From the NCBI GenBank assembly GCA_029547225.1, contig JAKPPS010000024.1, forward strand, positions 893 to 64,892: a stretch of DNA of 64,000 bases, given 5' to 3'. The stretch comes from a bacterium (GTDB lineage Bacteria > Patescibacteriota > Dojkabacteria > SC72 > WJKH01). A program made the position numbers and the translations under genes. Positions 26,649-36,140 of this stretch are shown here, piece by piece; within the stretch, counting starts at the first letter, position 1, and each line of letters starts with the position of its first letter. Below the pieces are notes generated by a model that did no database searches, was not told the DNA's origin, and saw nothing but the letters and a program-made list of their open reading frames with translations.

Positions 26649-27002
26649 ATTAATACGCATATCGATACTAGAACAAAAGGAAGAAGATCTGAAAATATTG
26701 CTGCATATTATTTAGTACGAAGAGGTTTTAATATCATAGCTAAAAATAAATATTTTAATCATCGTGAAATCGATCTATTCGTAAAATACCGGTCAAAATA
26801 TTATATTGTTGAAGTCAAATCCTCACATTTGTTTAGTGAGGAATACTCTGAAATGTTGACAGCATCAAAGATTAAAAATCTTCAATCTTGTGTCGGTCCA
26901 CTATTATCACTATATGGTATTGATAATGAGGATTATGGTGGTATAATCTACGCATATATTTATAATAATCATCTTGTAAAGTTACATCTCTTTGATGTAT
27001 AA
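26649..27002 (+). CDS. YraN/UPF0102-family endonuclease-like ORF without a canonical start codon (pseudogene or non-ATG initiation)
   Basis: Hand-translated open frame INTHIDTRTKGRRSENIAAYYLVRRGFNIIAKNKYFNHREIDLFVKYRSKYYIVEVKSS... ending at TAA 27000..27002. The PD-(D/E)xK-like EIDL/VEVK residues are present. There is no ATG, GTG or TTG before the conserved KGRRSE region. The rnhB-yraN adjacency is common. Confidence 0.55.
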   Translation: MNTHIDTRTKGRRSENIAAYYLVRRGFNIIAKNKYFNHREIDLFVKYRSKYYIVEVKSSHLFSEEYSEMLTASKIKNLQSCVGPLLSLYGIDNEDYGGIIYAYIYNNHLVKLHLFDV

Positions 27003-27053
27003 TACTCAAGTTACGAAATATTCATATTTATTTGAGTATTTATATTTGTTTGT

Positions 27054-27127
27054 GGGCCGCTAGCTCATCAGGTTAGAGCAACTGCCTTTTAAGCAGTAGG
27101 TGCTGGGTCCGAGTCCCAGGCGGCTCA
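27054..27127 (+). tRNA. tRNA-Lys (anticodon UUU)
   Basis: Acceptor GGGCCGC/GCGGCTC (G2-U71 wobble), anticodon stem ACTGC/GCAGT with loop CTTTTAA, T arm CTGGG-TCCGAGT-CCCAG. Note C rather than U at position 55. Confidence 0.85.
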
Positions 27128-27252
27128 CTTTCTTTTCTTCTAGGACAATGCGCTTCTTAATTATGCCATTCGTGTGTCAATATATCCGAGTATATTTGCG
27201 ATCTTTTGTATAATCAATTGCATGCTCGTGCAATCTAATATATATTATCTCT

Positions 27253-28494
27253 ATGTTAAAATTTTTATTACATAGAGCTGGAAATACAAAAATTGAAGAA
27301 GTGAAAATAGGCAATAAAGTATCTTATTCCTATCAAAACTCAATACCACGAGCTTATCTTTCTATTAACGATTTCCCAATTGATGGCTTAGAAATAGATG
27401 TAAACTTTACAAAAGATAATCATGCAATTATTCATCATGATAGCGAAAGGATTGATGATTTAAGGCAGTTTATGATTGAATATCCTGATGGAGGTACCTT
27501 GATGGGTTGGTTAGTCTGGCTGAATTCAAACAACTTTTTTCAGAACCGTTATCTATATCTTGATATTAAACCGATGAATTTGAAAATAAATGCATATCGA
27601 TTTATCAAGTTAATCGAAAAATTCAGTGATTTTCCAGAAAATGTTTTTATTGGTGTTAGAAATATTGACCAAGCACTTAGGTTTCTAGTTGCAAAACGGA
27701 TAATGAATTCAAAAGTTAAAATATCGTTACAGATTCCAGTTCCTTTATTTCCAGAAAAATTACTGAATGATCTTGATAATGGAATTGAGAATCAAATTCA
27801 CATAGATCTTGAAGTTTTGAAACTTAACAGCCTAGTAAGGTTAAAGCCTGATGCGGTACATTTTTTTCATATTGACTCCATGTTAAAAAGTTTACGCTCT
27901 ACAACAGAGGGGCATGGTGAGTATGTTCAGTTCACAGATTGGATTAATTGGCATAAGAAAAGCTTCCATCTAAAAAAACTTGGAAAAATTAATAATGATA
28001 TTAGACCACACTTAATACCTGATAAAATATTGGGAATATATTTTAAACATTCAAATGGACCACAAGTCTTCCCTAACTTTATTGGTTTTCATAATATAAC
28101 AATATTAAATTTGAAAAAGTTCACATCATTAGCAAAAAAGAAGGGATACATAACTATTTCTGGTTCAACAAACAGCAAGCTTACAATTAAAAGGATGATT
28201 TCGTGGCATAGCCTAGATATGATCATGGTTGATGACGCTGAATATCTAAAAGAATATTTAGCAAATAATAAGGACTATCAACGTACAAAGTTACCTGCAA
28301 ACGCTTTTCTTGTAGAAACCGAAGCACTAATTGATGCAGAAAGAACTAATGTCGATAATATTGAAAATGAAAAAACAACTAAGTCAAAAAAGGAGACTGA
28401 AATCAAGGGCATAACTAATCAATCTGCCAGTGCTTTCTACTATGGTGAAAAGCTATATAACAGCATTATTTCCGCTATATATCCAAACTACTAG
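27253..28494 (+). CDS. glycerophosphodiester phosphodiesterase (GDPD)-like domain protein
   Basis: The N-terminal LLHRAGN...IDGLEIDVNFTKDNHAIIHHD matches the GDPD HR...E.D...HD catalytic pattern. The remaining ~300 aa are unassigned. Confidence 0.5.
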   Translation: MLKFLLHRAGNTKIEEVKIGNKVSYSYQNSIPRAYLSINDFPIDGLEIDVNFTKDNHAIIHHDSERIDDLRQFMIEYPDGGTLMGWLVWLNSNNFFQNRYLYLDIKPMNLKINAYRFIKLIEKFSDFPENVFIGVRNIDQALRFLVAKRIMNSKVKISLQIPVPLFPEKLLNDLDNGIENQIHIDLEVLKLNSLVRLKPDAVHFFHIDSMLKSLRSTTEGHGEYVQFTDWINWHKKSFHLKKLGKINNDIRPHLIPDKILGIYFKHSNGPQVFPNFIGFHNITILNLKKFTSLAKKKGYITISGSTNSKLTIKRMISWHSLDMIMVDDAEYLKEYLANNKDYQRTKLPANAFLVETEALIDAERTNVDNIENEKTTKSKKETEIKGITNQSASAFYYGEKLYNSIISAIYPNY

Positions 28495-28559
28495 CAGTAT
28501 TTCGATTACTAAATGATACCTTATTGTGAAAATATGGGAATTATTTTTTCGATAATCTC

Positions 28560-29993
28560 TTAATTAAGACTTTTGAAATTTAATTCGTCTTCAAGAGCTT
28601 TGGCCACATTCAATATTAGTTGTTCATCGAAATGACGGCCAAAAATCTGAAAACCCGTTGGCAATCCTTCAGAAAGTCCGTTTGGTATAGAAATACCTGG
28701 CAAACCTGTTAGAGAACTAGTTTCAGCTAAAACATCAGCCATTTCACCAAATAATGGATTCAGTTGTGACACTCCTAATTTTGGTGCAATTGTAGCTGTT
28801 GAGGGACCAATAATTAAATCTACAGTTTTAAGTATATTTAAAACATCATCTCTTAATAATGCTCGTACTTTCTCAGCTTGTTTAAAGAATTCATCAGCAT
28901 AACCTGATGACAACGAAAATGTACCAGTCATAATACGTCTTTTTGCCTCACTTCCAAAGCCTTTTCCTCTTACTGCTTCATAATATTCAGCAATCTGTCC
29001 TTTTAATTCTTCTGGAACGCAATATCGTGTGCCATCATAACGACTCAAGTTCGATGAAACCTCACTGCGACATACTATTGTGTAAACTGCAATGGCATAT
29101 GCTGGATCCATCATTTCTACATCAACTATTTGCCCACCGAGAGATTTTATTAATTCGATTGTTTCTAAAGTATTCTTTCTTACACCTTCTTCAAGTTGAA
29201 GATTCATGTATTCTTTTGGTAATCCAAATTTCATGCCTTTAAAAACAGATGGATCAAGTTTAGCCAAATAATCTTCAACTGGTTTGTTTACAGATGTATT
29301 GTCGTTTTCATCTTTTCCTGCGATTGTTGAAAGTATTAAAGCTGCGTCTTCAACACTTTTAGTAATTGGACCAGGACAATCAAGTGATGAACCCATTGCA
29401 AGTACACCATATCTGGATACACGCCCATATGTTGGCTTTAGGCCAACAGTGCCACACCATGATGCGGGTAATCGTATTGAGCCAGCTGTTTCAGTGCCTA
29501 GTGAAGCAGAGCACATATCTGCTGCTACAGCTGCTGTAGATCCTCCACTTGAGCCACCAGGTATCCGACTTGTATCCCATGGATTTTTTGTTGCACCATA
29601 TGCAGATGTTTCTGTTGACGAACCATGACAAAACTGATCAAGATTCGTTTTGCCTATGATAATTGCACCTTCATCAAGAATTTTTGAAGTTACGGTAGAT
29701 TCATATACAGGCTTGTAATTATCAATGATTTTGGATGCAGAAGTAGTTCGGAGAGATCTAGTTGAAAATGCATCTTTTACAGCTATAGGAAGTCCACCCA
29801 ATTTTTTAGTTTTATCGGCTTTTTCTGCTTCTTCAATAGCTTTCTCATTTATAGTTATGAAAGCATTAATTTCAGGATTTTTTGTTTCAATCTGCTTCAA
29901 GTAATATTCTGTTAATTCAACAGGCTTTAATTCACCTTGATCAATAAGCTTCTTGGATTGTACCAATGTAAGATTTGAAAGATTCATGAACAA
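28560..29993 (-). CDS. gatA: Asp/Glu-tRNA amidotransferase subunit A
   Basis: Amidase signature GGSSGGSTAAVAA, KDAF...T(T)SAS, and length (477 aa). Confidence 0.93.
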   Translation of the reverse strand: MFMNLSNLTLVQSKKLIDQGELKPVELTEYYLKQIETKNPEINAFITINEKAIEEAEKADKTKKLGGLPIAVKDAFSTRSLRTTSASKIIDNYKPVYESTVTSKILDEGAIIIGKTNLDQFCHGSSTETSAYGATKNPWDTSRIPGGSSGGSTAAVAADMCSASLGTETAGSIRLPASWCGTVGLKPTYGRVSRYGVLAMGSSLDCPGPITKSVEDAALILSTIAGKDENDNTSVNKPVEDYLAKLDPSVFKGMKFGLPKEYMNLQLEEGVRKNTLETIELIKSLGGQIVDVEMMDPAYAIAVYTIVCRSEVSSNLSRYDGTRYCVPEELKGQIAEYYEAVRGKGFGSEAKRRIMTGTFSLSSGYADEFFKQAEKVRALLRDDVLNILKTVDLIIGPSTATIAPKLGVSQLNPLFGEMADVLAETSSLTGLPGISIPNGLSEGLPTGFQIFGRHFDEQLILNVAKALEDELNFKSLN

Positions 29994-30757
29994 ATAATAT
30001 TAGATTTTGACGATTTATTCAAGTTAATTATTATTAAAATTATAATCCCAATTATTATTGATAAAAAAGCAAATATATCGCTAGATCCGACTACAATTCT
30101 AATTTGATTAAGTAGTAACCTTATTATTCCGTAGTAAATCAAGTATATAGATGTAATAAGTAAAGGTTTCTTAAATAAATTCGATTTTTTATTTACTAAA
30201 GTAATTATAATAAAAAAGATAGCATTGAGAATCATCTCATAAGCAAATGTAGGATGATAGTATTCAAAATTTATGTATTCCGATGAACGATTTTCTATCG
30301 GTATGTAGATTCCCCACGGTAGATTTGTTGGTATGCCGTACAATTCTTTATTGATAAAATTTCCTATCCTTCCAATACATTGCAATATTGGTAAAATATA
30401 AAATGTATGATCTAATAATCTACTTAGCTTTATACCAAATACTCTTGTTAATATCGTTAATCCGATTATTCCGCCGATTATTGCTCCAAAAAAAGATAGT
30501 CCTTGCATATGAAATGAAAAAATTTCGCTAAGAGATATATTATTTAATGTCCCATTATTAGACATGCTTTTGATTACTTCTTCAAGTATAGGAATAATTC
30601 GTGCAAATATAATGCCTAAAATAAAAGGAAGAAAATAGTAAAAATAATATGAATATTTATGTTTCTTAGCATAGTTACTGTCAATAATAACTAGTTTGTC
30701 AATATAAACGATGTAGATAACAGCACAGAAACCTATTATTAATCCATAGATACTCAT
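29984..30757 (-). CDS. lgt: prolipoprotein diacylglyceryl transferase
   Basis: Polytopic protein with GRIGNFINKELYGIPTNLPWGI and H..FAYE. Its stop overlaps the gatA start by 10 nt. Confidence 0.85.
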   Translation of the reverse strand: MSIYGLIIGFCAVIYIVYIDKLVIIDSNYAKKHKYSYYFYYFLPFILGIIFARIIPILEEVIKSMSNNGTLNNISLSEIFSFHMQGLSFFGAIIGGIIGLTILTRVFGIKLSRLLDHTFYILPILQCIGRIGNFINKELYGIPTNLPWGIYIPIENRSSEYINFEYYHPTFAYEMILNAIFFIIITLVNKKSNLFKKPLLITSIYLIYYGIIRLLLNQIRIVVGSSDIFAFLSIIIGIIILIIINLNKSSKSNIICS

Positions 30758-30836
30758 AATACTATTGTATTGATTTTACATTTGAAAATAAAGCTTCGAA
30801 AAGAGATAATTCATATATCGATATTATTGTGAATTC

Positions 30837-33107
30837 TTATATCATCAAAACCAAAGGTTTATCAGTGTTCTCTATAACAAATAATCTATGTAGTGCACGT
30901 GTAAGTGCTACGTATAATAACCTCATATCATGTTGATCCTCCGTAAAGTCATTAATATCAGCAATGATGACACTGTCGAATTCTAATCCTTTTGCCTTTT
31001 CTATTGGTAATATTTGAATGCCCTCATGGTAATTATCCTCTTTATAGCTAAATACCTGTAATGGAAGATCATTAGTATTATCGGAAAAATATTCATAAAT
31101 TGTATCTGCTTTCAAAGGTGTTCTAGTAACAATTGCTATAGAAGACGCATTCCTAGAAATTTGCTCATTAACTAACTTTTTTAAATCCACAAAATATGTT
31201 CTATTTTTGGTATTTAATACTTTTACCTCATCTCCATGTCTTAATATAGCCTTTGGTAAATCATATTCCTTCGGAAAGTAGCGAGATAGTATTTTATTTG
31301 AGTAATCTATTATTTCTACTGTTGTTCGATATGATTTGTTAAGTTTATACTGTAAGATTTCTGCTTTATCAGAAAGTATTGGATCGTTAAATATTTCTTC
31401 GACCTCAGACCATGATTGGATGTAGAATGGTGGAATAATAGATTGAGCTATATCGCCAGCTAGGTTGATATTCCCATTTTTTGCTATTTTCTTAAGAGTG
31501 AGTATTTGGAAGAGGCTTAAGTCTTGTGCTTCATCTACTGCAACATAATCTCTAATGAATTCTTTTGCGCCGTAAAGTCTAAAAAATATCCAAACAATTG
31601 GCGCAAGATCTTCAACTTTGTAATAGGTTTTGCCACCAGTACTTTGTAAATAGGACAAGGAATATTTTCGTAATTTCTCTGATTCACTTTTTTTATCAAA
31701 ATACTTCTCAAAGATGTATGCAAATTTGAATACTTCTTTGTAAATCCTGTATGGGTTAAGTCGTTTTTTAATATATGAGAGAATGCTTTTCTTTCGTGTC
31801 TCAAGGGATTCAAGATTACCCATAAAATTCCCAGTTGTTTGGTTTTTAAATTGAATTTGAGCAAAAGCATATTCCACAGAAAGTGTAATCCTCTCTTCAA
31901 AAGACATTGTGGGGTATTTACTTTTTAATTCGACAAAACGAGAGTAGATAACATTAGAGCATTTGTCGTCAATTTTATTAAGTATGTCGAGTTCGTAGTC
32001 ATTTACAAAATCATCGATAAGCTTAATAAATTTGTATGAACCTTTAATTCGTTTTATTTCATAATCATCGGATACATTTGCGAACAAATACTTGTTATCC
32101 CAATTTAATATAGTCTTTGCCCAAAAAAGGTATGTATTACGACCAATACTTTCAACACCCAATGTCGGTAGTACGTCAGAAATATAATCAATAAATATAC
32201 TGTTAGGAGCAATAATCAATGAATTCGAGGCCCTAATAGTATCTTTATAATTATAAAGTAAATAGGCGATACGATGGAGCAAAATAGTAGTTTTACCACT
32301 TCCAGCAACACCTTGGATAATAAGAGATTGATCGTTTTTTGCTCTGATAATTTCGTTTTGCTCCTCCTGAATAGTAGAAATAATATCTGTTAGTTTCTTA
32401 CCAATTTTCTTTGTTAGCTGATTTAATAGAAAAGCATCAGCAGATGAGTTACCAGTTCTTATATCGTATGCTTGAGTTATTCTTCCCAGTGACATTTCAA
32501 ATTGTCTCTTAGCGATTAATTCTCCTCGTTGAATACCTGCTGGTGATGTGAATGATGCATTATCAGTTGGGCCAGAATACATGTAATATAGATTTGTGAT
32601 GGGTGCACGCCAGTCAGTGATTAATAATTCGGATGTTTTTGGATTAAATAGTGCGTATTTACCTATACGAGTATTAATCTCTGTTGCTGGGAAAATGCCA
32701 TTAGCTTTCCTTCTGAAAATAGTTTGTCCAAAATATGGATTATCAATAAAATATAGAAAGTGATTGATCTCATCAACATGATATTTTGCTTCCTTAAGAA
32801 TTGCATTATAAGCGGAGATTGCTTCTTTCTTGTCATCACCAGTACTGTTTTCAATGACATATATCTGATTTTCTATATCTTTTTGTAAATCATCAATCTT
32901 ACTTAGTTCTGATTTAATAAGAACTGTTAACAGATTAATAACATTCTGAAGGTGAGGATTTTCTTGAGTAATAGCGGAATTTTGATTGTCGTATTTTGAA
33001 TCGGAAATCTCTGTTAGCAATTCGATCAAAGGATTGATGAATTTGCGTAGAACGACCATAAGAGCGACTATAACATAACTGAGATGATTTGTCCACCTCC
33101 AATGCAT
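30837..33107 (-). CDS. UvrD-like superfamily 1 helicase, HelD/helicase IV type
   Basis: DWRAPITNLYYMY (N-terminal HelD-type motif), Walker A GVAGSGKTT, VDEAQD and YVALTRALHRL. The ATG at 33059 (MVVLRKF) is a more plausible start and avoids overlap with mnmA. Confidence 0.8.
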   Translation of the reverse strand: MHWRWTNHLSYVIVALMVVLRKFINPLIELLTEISDSKYDNQNSAITQENPHLQNVINLLTVLIKSELSKIDDLQKDIENQIYVIENSTGDDKKEAISAYNAILKEAKYHVDEINHFLYFIDNPYFGQTIFRRKANGIFPATEINTRIGKYALFNPKTSELLITDWRAPITNLYYMYSGPTDNASFTSPAGIQRGELIAKRQFEMSLGRITQAYDIRTGNSSADAFLLNQLTKKIGKKLTDIISTIQEEQNEIIRAKNDQSLIIQGVAGSGKTTILLHRIAYLLYNYKDTIRASNSLIIAPNSIFIDYISDVLPTLGVESIGRNTYLFWAKTILNWDNKYLFANVSDDYEIKRIKGSYKFIKLIDDFVNDYELDILNKIDDKCSNVIYSRFVELKSKYPTMSFEERITLSVEYAFAQIQFKNQTTGNFMGNLESLETRKKSILSYIKKRLNPYRIYKEVFKFAYIFEKYFDKKSESEKLRKYSLSYLQSTGGKTYYKVEDLAPIVWIFFRLYGAKEFIRDYVAVDEAQDLSLFQILTLKKIAKNGNINLAGDIAQSIIPPFYIQSWSEVEEIFNDPILSDKAEILQYKLNKSYRTTVEIIDYSNKILSRYFPKEYDLPKAILRHGDEVKVLNTKNRTYFVDLKKLVNEQISRNASSIAIVTRTPLKADTIYEYFSDNTNDLPLQVFSYKEDNYHEGIQILPIEKAKGLEFDSVIIADINDFTEDQHDMRLLYVALTRALHRLFVIENTDKPLVLMI

Positions 33108-34228
33108 TTTTGACCATCAAAAAGTACACAACTTTGTCCAGGAGCGGGTGCCCATTGTTTTTGATCAAATATTACTTGATATCTCGATGAAATCTTATCA
33201 TAGTAGAGAGTACATGGAGTATCTTTTGTTCGATATCTTACAGTACCAGTAAGATTTGCAATATGGTCCAGTTTTTCATTCACTTCTTGTCCAGACTGTT
33301 TCTGTCCTATTTCATTAAGAATCTTGGTACTAGAGGAATTATGTTTATATGTTTCAATATCATTATGATTAATAATGTGCAGATCCTTGAGGATGACGCT
33401 TTGTCCCCACAGAGTATTATGTTCCTTACCTTCAGCTAAATAGACAATGTTTTTTTGAGATTCTTTATTACATACAAAATATGGTTTATGGCCACCACCA
33501 ATACGTATACCTTTCCTCTGCCCAATAGTGTATAGCCAATGCCCATTATGATAACCCAATACTTTATCGGTAACTATATCTCTAAACTCTCCTTTTTTAT
33601 CAGGTATTACGGATCTAATAAAATCTTCGACATCAACTTTACCTACAAAACATATTCCTTGACTATCTTTTTTCTCGGATACTGGAAGAGAAGCTTTACG
33701 AGCTATTTCCCTTACTTGTGGCTTATGTATGTCTGCTAATGGAAAAAGAACTTTTTCAAGTTGTTTATCTGTAAGTTGATAAAGAAAATACGTTTGATCT
33801 TTGTTTGGATCTGCTGCTTTATATAAGTATCCATCTTTCGTCTTACTATAATGACCTGTCGCTATATAATCAGCACCCTCTGCTAATGCTCTATTCAAAA
33901 ACATGTCGAACTTAATAAATTTGTTGCAAAGAATATCGGGATTTGGTGTAATTCCTGATTGATAATCCTTAAAGAACGGTTCGATTACTAATTCTCGATA
34001 TTCTTTCTCAAAGTTGTAAGTTTTATGCTCAATGTTGAGATGTTTACATATGGCGATTGTATCATCAAGATCTCTACGCCAAGGACATTGATCAGAGACA
34101 CCATAATCTTCTCCTGACCAGTTCTTCATGAAAACACCAGTGACTTCATATCCCTGTTCTTTCAGCAAATATGCTGTGGTCGCACTATCTACGCCACCAC
34201 TTAGTCCAACAAATACTTTTTTACTCAT
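33068..34228 (-). CDS. mnmA: tRNA-specific 2-thiouridylase
   Basis: PP-loop VGLSGGVDSA, NPDILCN, ATGHY and KDQTYFL motifs. Confidence 0.93.
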   Translation of the reverse strand: MSKKVFVGLSGGVDSATTAYLLKEQGYEVTGVFMKNWSGEDYGVSDQCPWRRDLDDTIAICKHLNIEHKTYNFEKEYRELVIEPFFKDYQSGITPNPDILCNKFIKFDMFLNRALAEGADYIATGHYSKTKDGYLYKAADPNKDQTYFLYQLTDKQLEKVLFPLADIHKPQVREIARKASLPVSEKKDSQGICFVGKVDVEDFIRSVIPDKKGEFRDIVTDKVLGYHNGHWLYTIGQRKGIRIGGGHKPYFVCNKESQKNIVYLAEGKEHNTLWGQSVILKDLHIINHNDIETYKHNSSSTKILNEIGQKQSGQEVNEKLDHIANLTGTVRYRTKDTPCTLYYDKISSRYQVIFDQKQWAPAPGQSCVLFDGQKCIGGGQIISVML

Positions 34229-34251
34229 ATAAGTAATTATACCATTAATAG

Positions 34252-34821
34252 TTGTTTCAGAATAATTTTCGTGCTAAAAATATTAATATGAAGACAAAAA
34301 TAAATTCAACATGGTGTAAAGGAGTAATAATTCTTTCAATAATGTTCCTAGCTTTTGCATTCGGAGCATATTTTTATTTTTTAAATTTTGCTATCAACTA
34401 TAATAATACCTCGATGGCAGGTGTTCCTCAAAATATTACTGAAACAAGAGATATTGTTATAGTTAAACAATCAGATGAAACTCATTCAAAATCTTTGAAT
34501 GTAAAGATTGCAGATAGTCCCAATGAACGTACAATAGGTATGGCCTATGTAGACTGGATTTCTGAAGATGAAGGTATGCTTTTTGTGTTTGATGATGTAA
34601 CGGATTCTTCTTTCTGGATGAAAAATTGCTTGATAAACTTAGATATTATATTTATTGATGAAAGAGGGGTAATTGTTGATATACTAAAAGATCTAGCGCC
34701 TTGTTCTTCGTCAAGCTGTCCAAAGTATTATGCATCTGACAATTATCGCTACGTGGTAGAAGTGAATGGCGGATGGTCTGATAAATATGGTTTTGAAATT
34801 GGAGATAAGGTGATATTTTGA
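34252..34821 (+). CDS. DUF192-domain protein with an N-terminal TM anchor
   Basis: RTIGMAYVDWISEDEGMLFVF...FWMKNCLINLDIIFIDERGVIVDI matches the DUF192 pattern as I recall it. A likely ATG start is at 34288. Confidence 0.6.
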   Translation: MFQNNFRAKNINMKTKINSTWCKGVIILSIMFLAFAFGAYFYFLNFAINYNNTSMAGVPQNITETRDIVIVKQSDETHSKSLNVKIADSPNERTIGMAYVDWISEDEGMLFVFDDVTDSSFWMKNCLINLDIIFIDERGVIVDILKDLAPCSSSSCPKYYASDNYRYVVEVNGGWSDKYGFEIGDKVIF

Positions 34822-34888
34822 TTTATAATATTTTGCATTTATAATATTTTCGTGTATATTTTATTATATAATTTCAATTTCCGATTTT

Positions 34889-36136
34889 ATGGATGTGATT
34901 GTAAATAAGTTTCAGGAATCTGATGCGACATTTTCATATGAGATAAGGTTTGATTCTGAATTAGTTGAAAAAATTCGTAGCCTACAAAATGTATGGAAAA
35001 GAGAAATTGAGCATAATAACCCGAGTGCTGTTGGTGCTCCATATTTTATGTCTCCCATGGTCGGTGAGTTGATTAGCGATGAGATTTTTCCTAGATGTAA
35101 GGAGCAATTTCAAAAAATCTCTAACAAAATGATAGAACAGGTAGATACAAAAGTTGTAAGTGTGCTTTATCGTGTTACTGTATGGGATACATATCAGCTT
35201 ATTTCTAGAAATGCGAAAATTGTCACCAAAATATTTGAAGAAAATAGTGATTTGAAAAATGAAGTTAATCTAAGATGGATTTGCACAGGGGCTGGCGTTG
35301 CAGAAAGATCACTAATCACATTGTTAAAAGAGAGAGGCGAGTATAAGGATGTTAGAGGTGTTACAACTGATATTAGTGCCGCAGCAATCCTTGTAGCAGC
35401 ATGTAACCTTGAAATGATGAATATTGAGGATGAAAAACCATTAATTAATGTAAGAATAGTATTTGGCTCTGTACCTACCTCTCTAAGAAATCGTCCTAAT
35501 ACTCTGGTTCTGCAGATAGATGATGCAGTAATTTCTCTCGAAAGGGAAATAGAAGATAATATTAAATATGATGCATTTCTTGCTGATAATGCTCTGCCGT
35601 ATTTCACGAGAGAAGAGGGAAGGGCAATGCTTTCTTCTGCAGTAAAATTAGTGAAAAGTAAGGGAATAATACAGGCTTTAGGTTTAAATAAAAATATGTT
35701 TGTTAAAATTCCTCTCACAAATAAGCTTAAGGCAATTTTTAATACCAATATCAAACAAGAATACAATAAGTTAATGGATGAAAAACAAAAAAAACTTGAC
35801 AAAGAGTATCAGCATGGCTATAGACATATATATATCAAAAATAAAAAAGGGATAATTATTCAAGTGATCTCTGAAGGTGCTATAGAAATGTTCTCATGGA
35901 TTCGAGAGTATCTTACAAAATTCAATCTCGATTACGCAATGAAATTAATGAAAATGGTAACAATAGGCACGGGATTATCATCATGGGGTAAATATGTCCA
36001 GACTAATACAGTAGAGTCTTATCGGGATTTGTTAGAATTATTGTTAAATACCAATTATTCTGTAATTGATTGTCCCGGAGAGGATTCTGATTGGAAAGAT
36101 ATGGTTTTAAGTACTTTTACAATTGTATTAGAATAG
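34889..36136 (+). CDS. hypothetical protein, possible divergent class I methyltransferase fold
   Basis: LRWICTGAGVAERS (GxGxG-like), VRGVTTDIS (acidic residue after beta-2) and FLADNALPYF. This is weak and based on pattern only. It lies 4 nt upstream of the histidine kinase. Confidence 0.3.
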   Translation: MDVIVNKFQESDATFSYEIRFDSELVEKIRSLQNVWKREIEHNNPSAVGAPYFMSPMVGELISDEIFPRCKEQFQKISNKMIEQVDTKVVSVLYRVTVWDTYQLISRNAKIVTKIFEENSDLKNEVNLRWICTGAGVAERSLITLLKERGEYKDVRGVTTDISAAAILVAACNLEMMNIEDEKPLINVRIVFGSVPTSLRNRPNTLVLQIDDAVISLEREIEDNIKYDAFLADNALPYFTREEGRAMLSSAVKLVKSKGIIQALGLNKNMFVKIPLTNKLKAIFNTNIKQEYNKLMDEKQKKLDKEYQHGYRHIYIKNKKGIIIQVISEGAIEMFSWIREYLTKFNLDYAMKLMKMVTIGTGLSSWGKYVQTNTVESYRDLLELLLNTNYSVIDCPGEDSDWKDMVLSTFTIVLE

Positions 36137-36140
36137 AAAT

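Noticed and set aside
18164-29993. The GatCAB genes are split: gatC-gatB at 18164..19971 and gatA at 28560..29993, the latter coupled to lgt.
   Set aside because: This is a real arrangement, but dispersed gat genes are common in bacteria. It is noted only as context.
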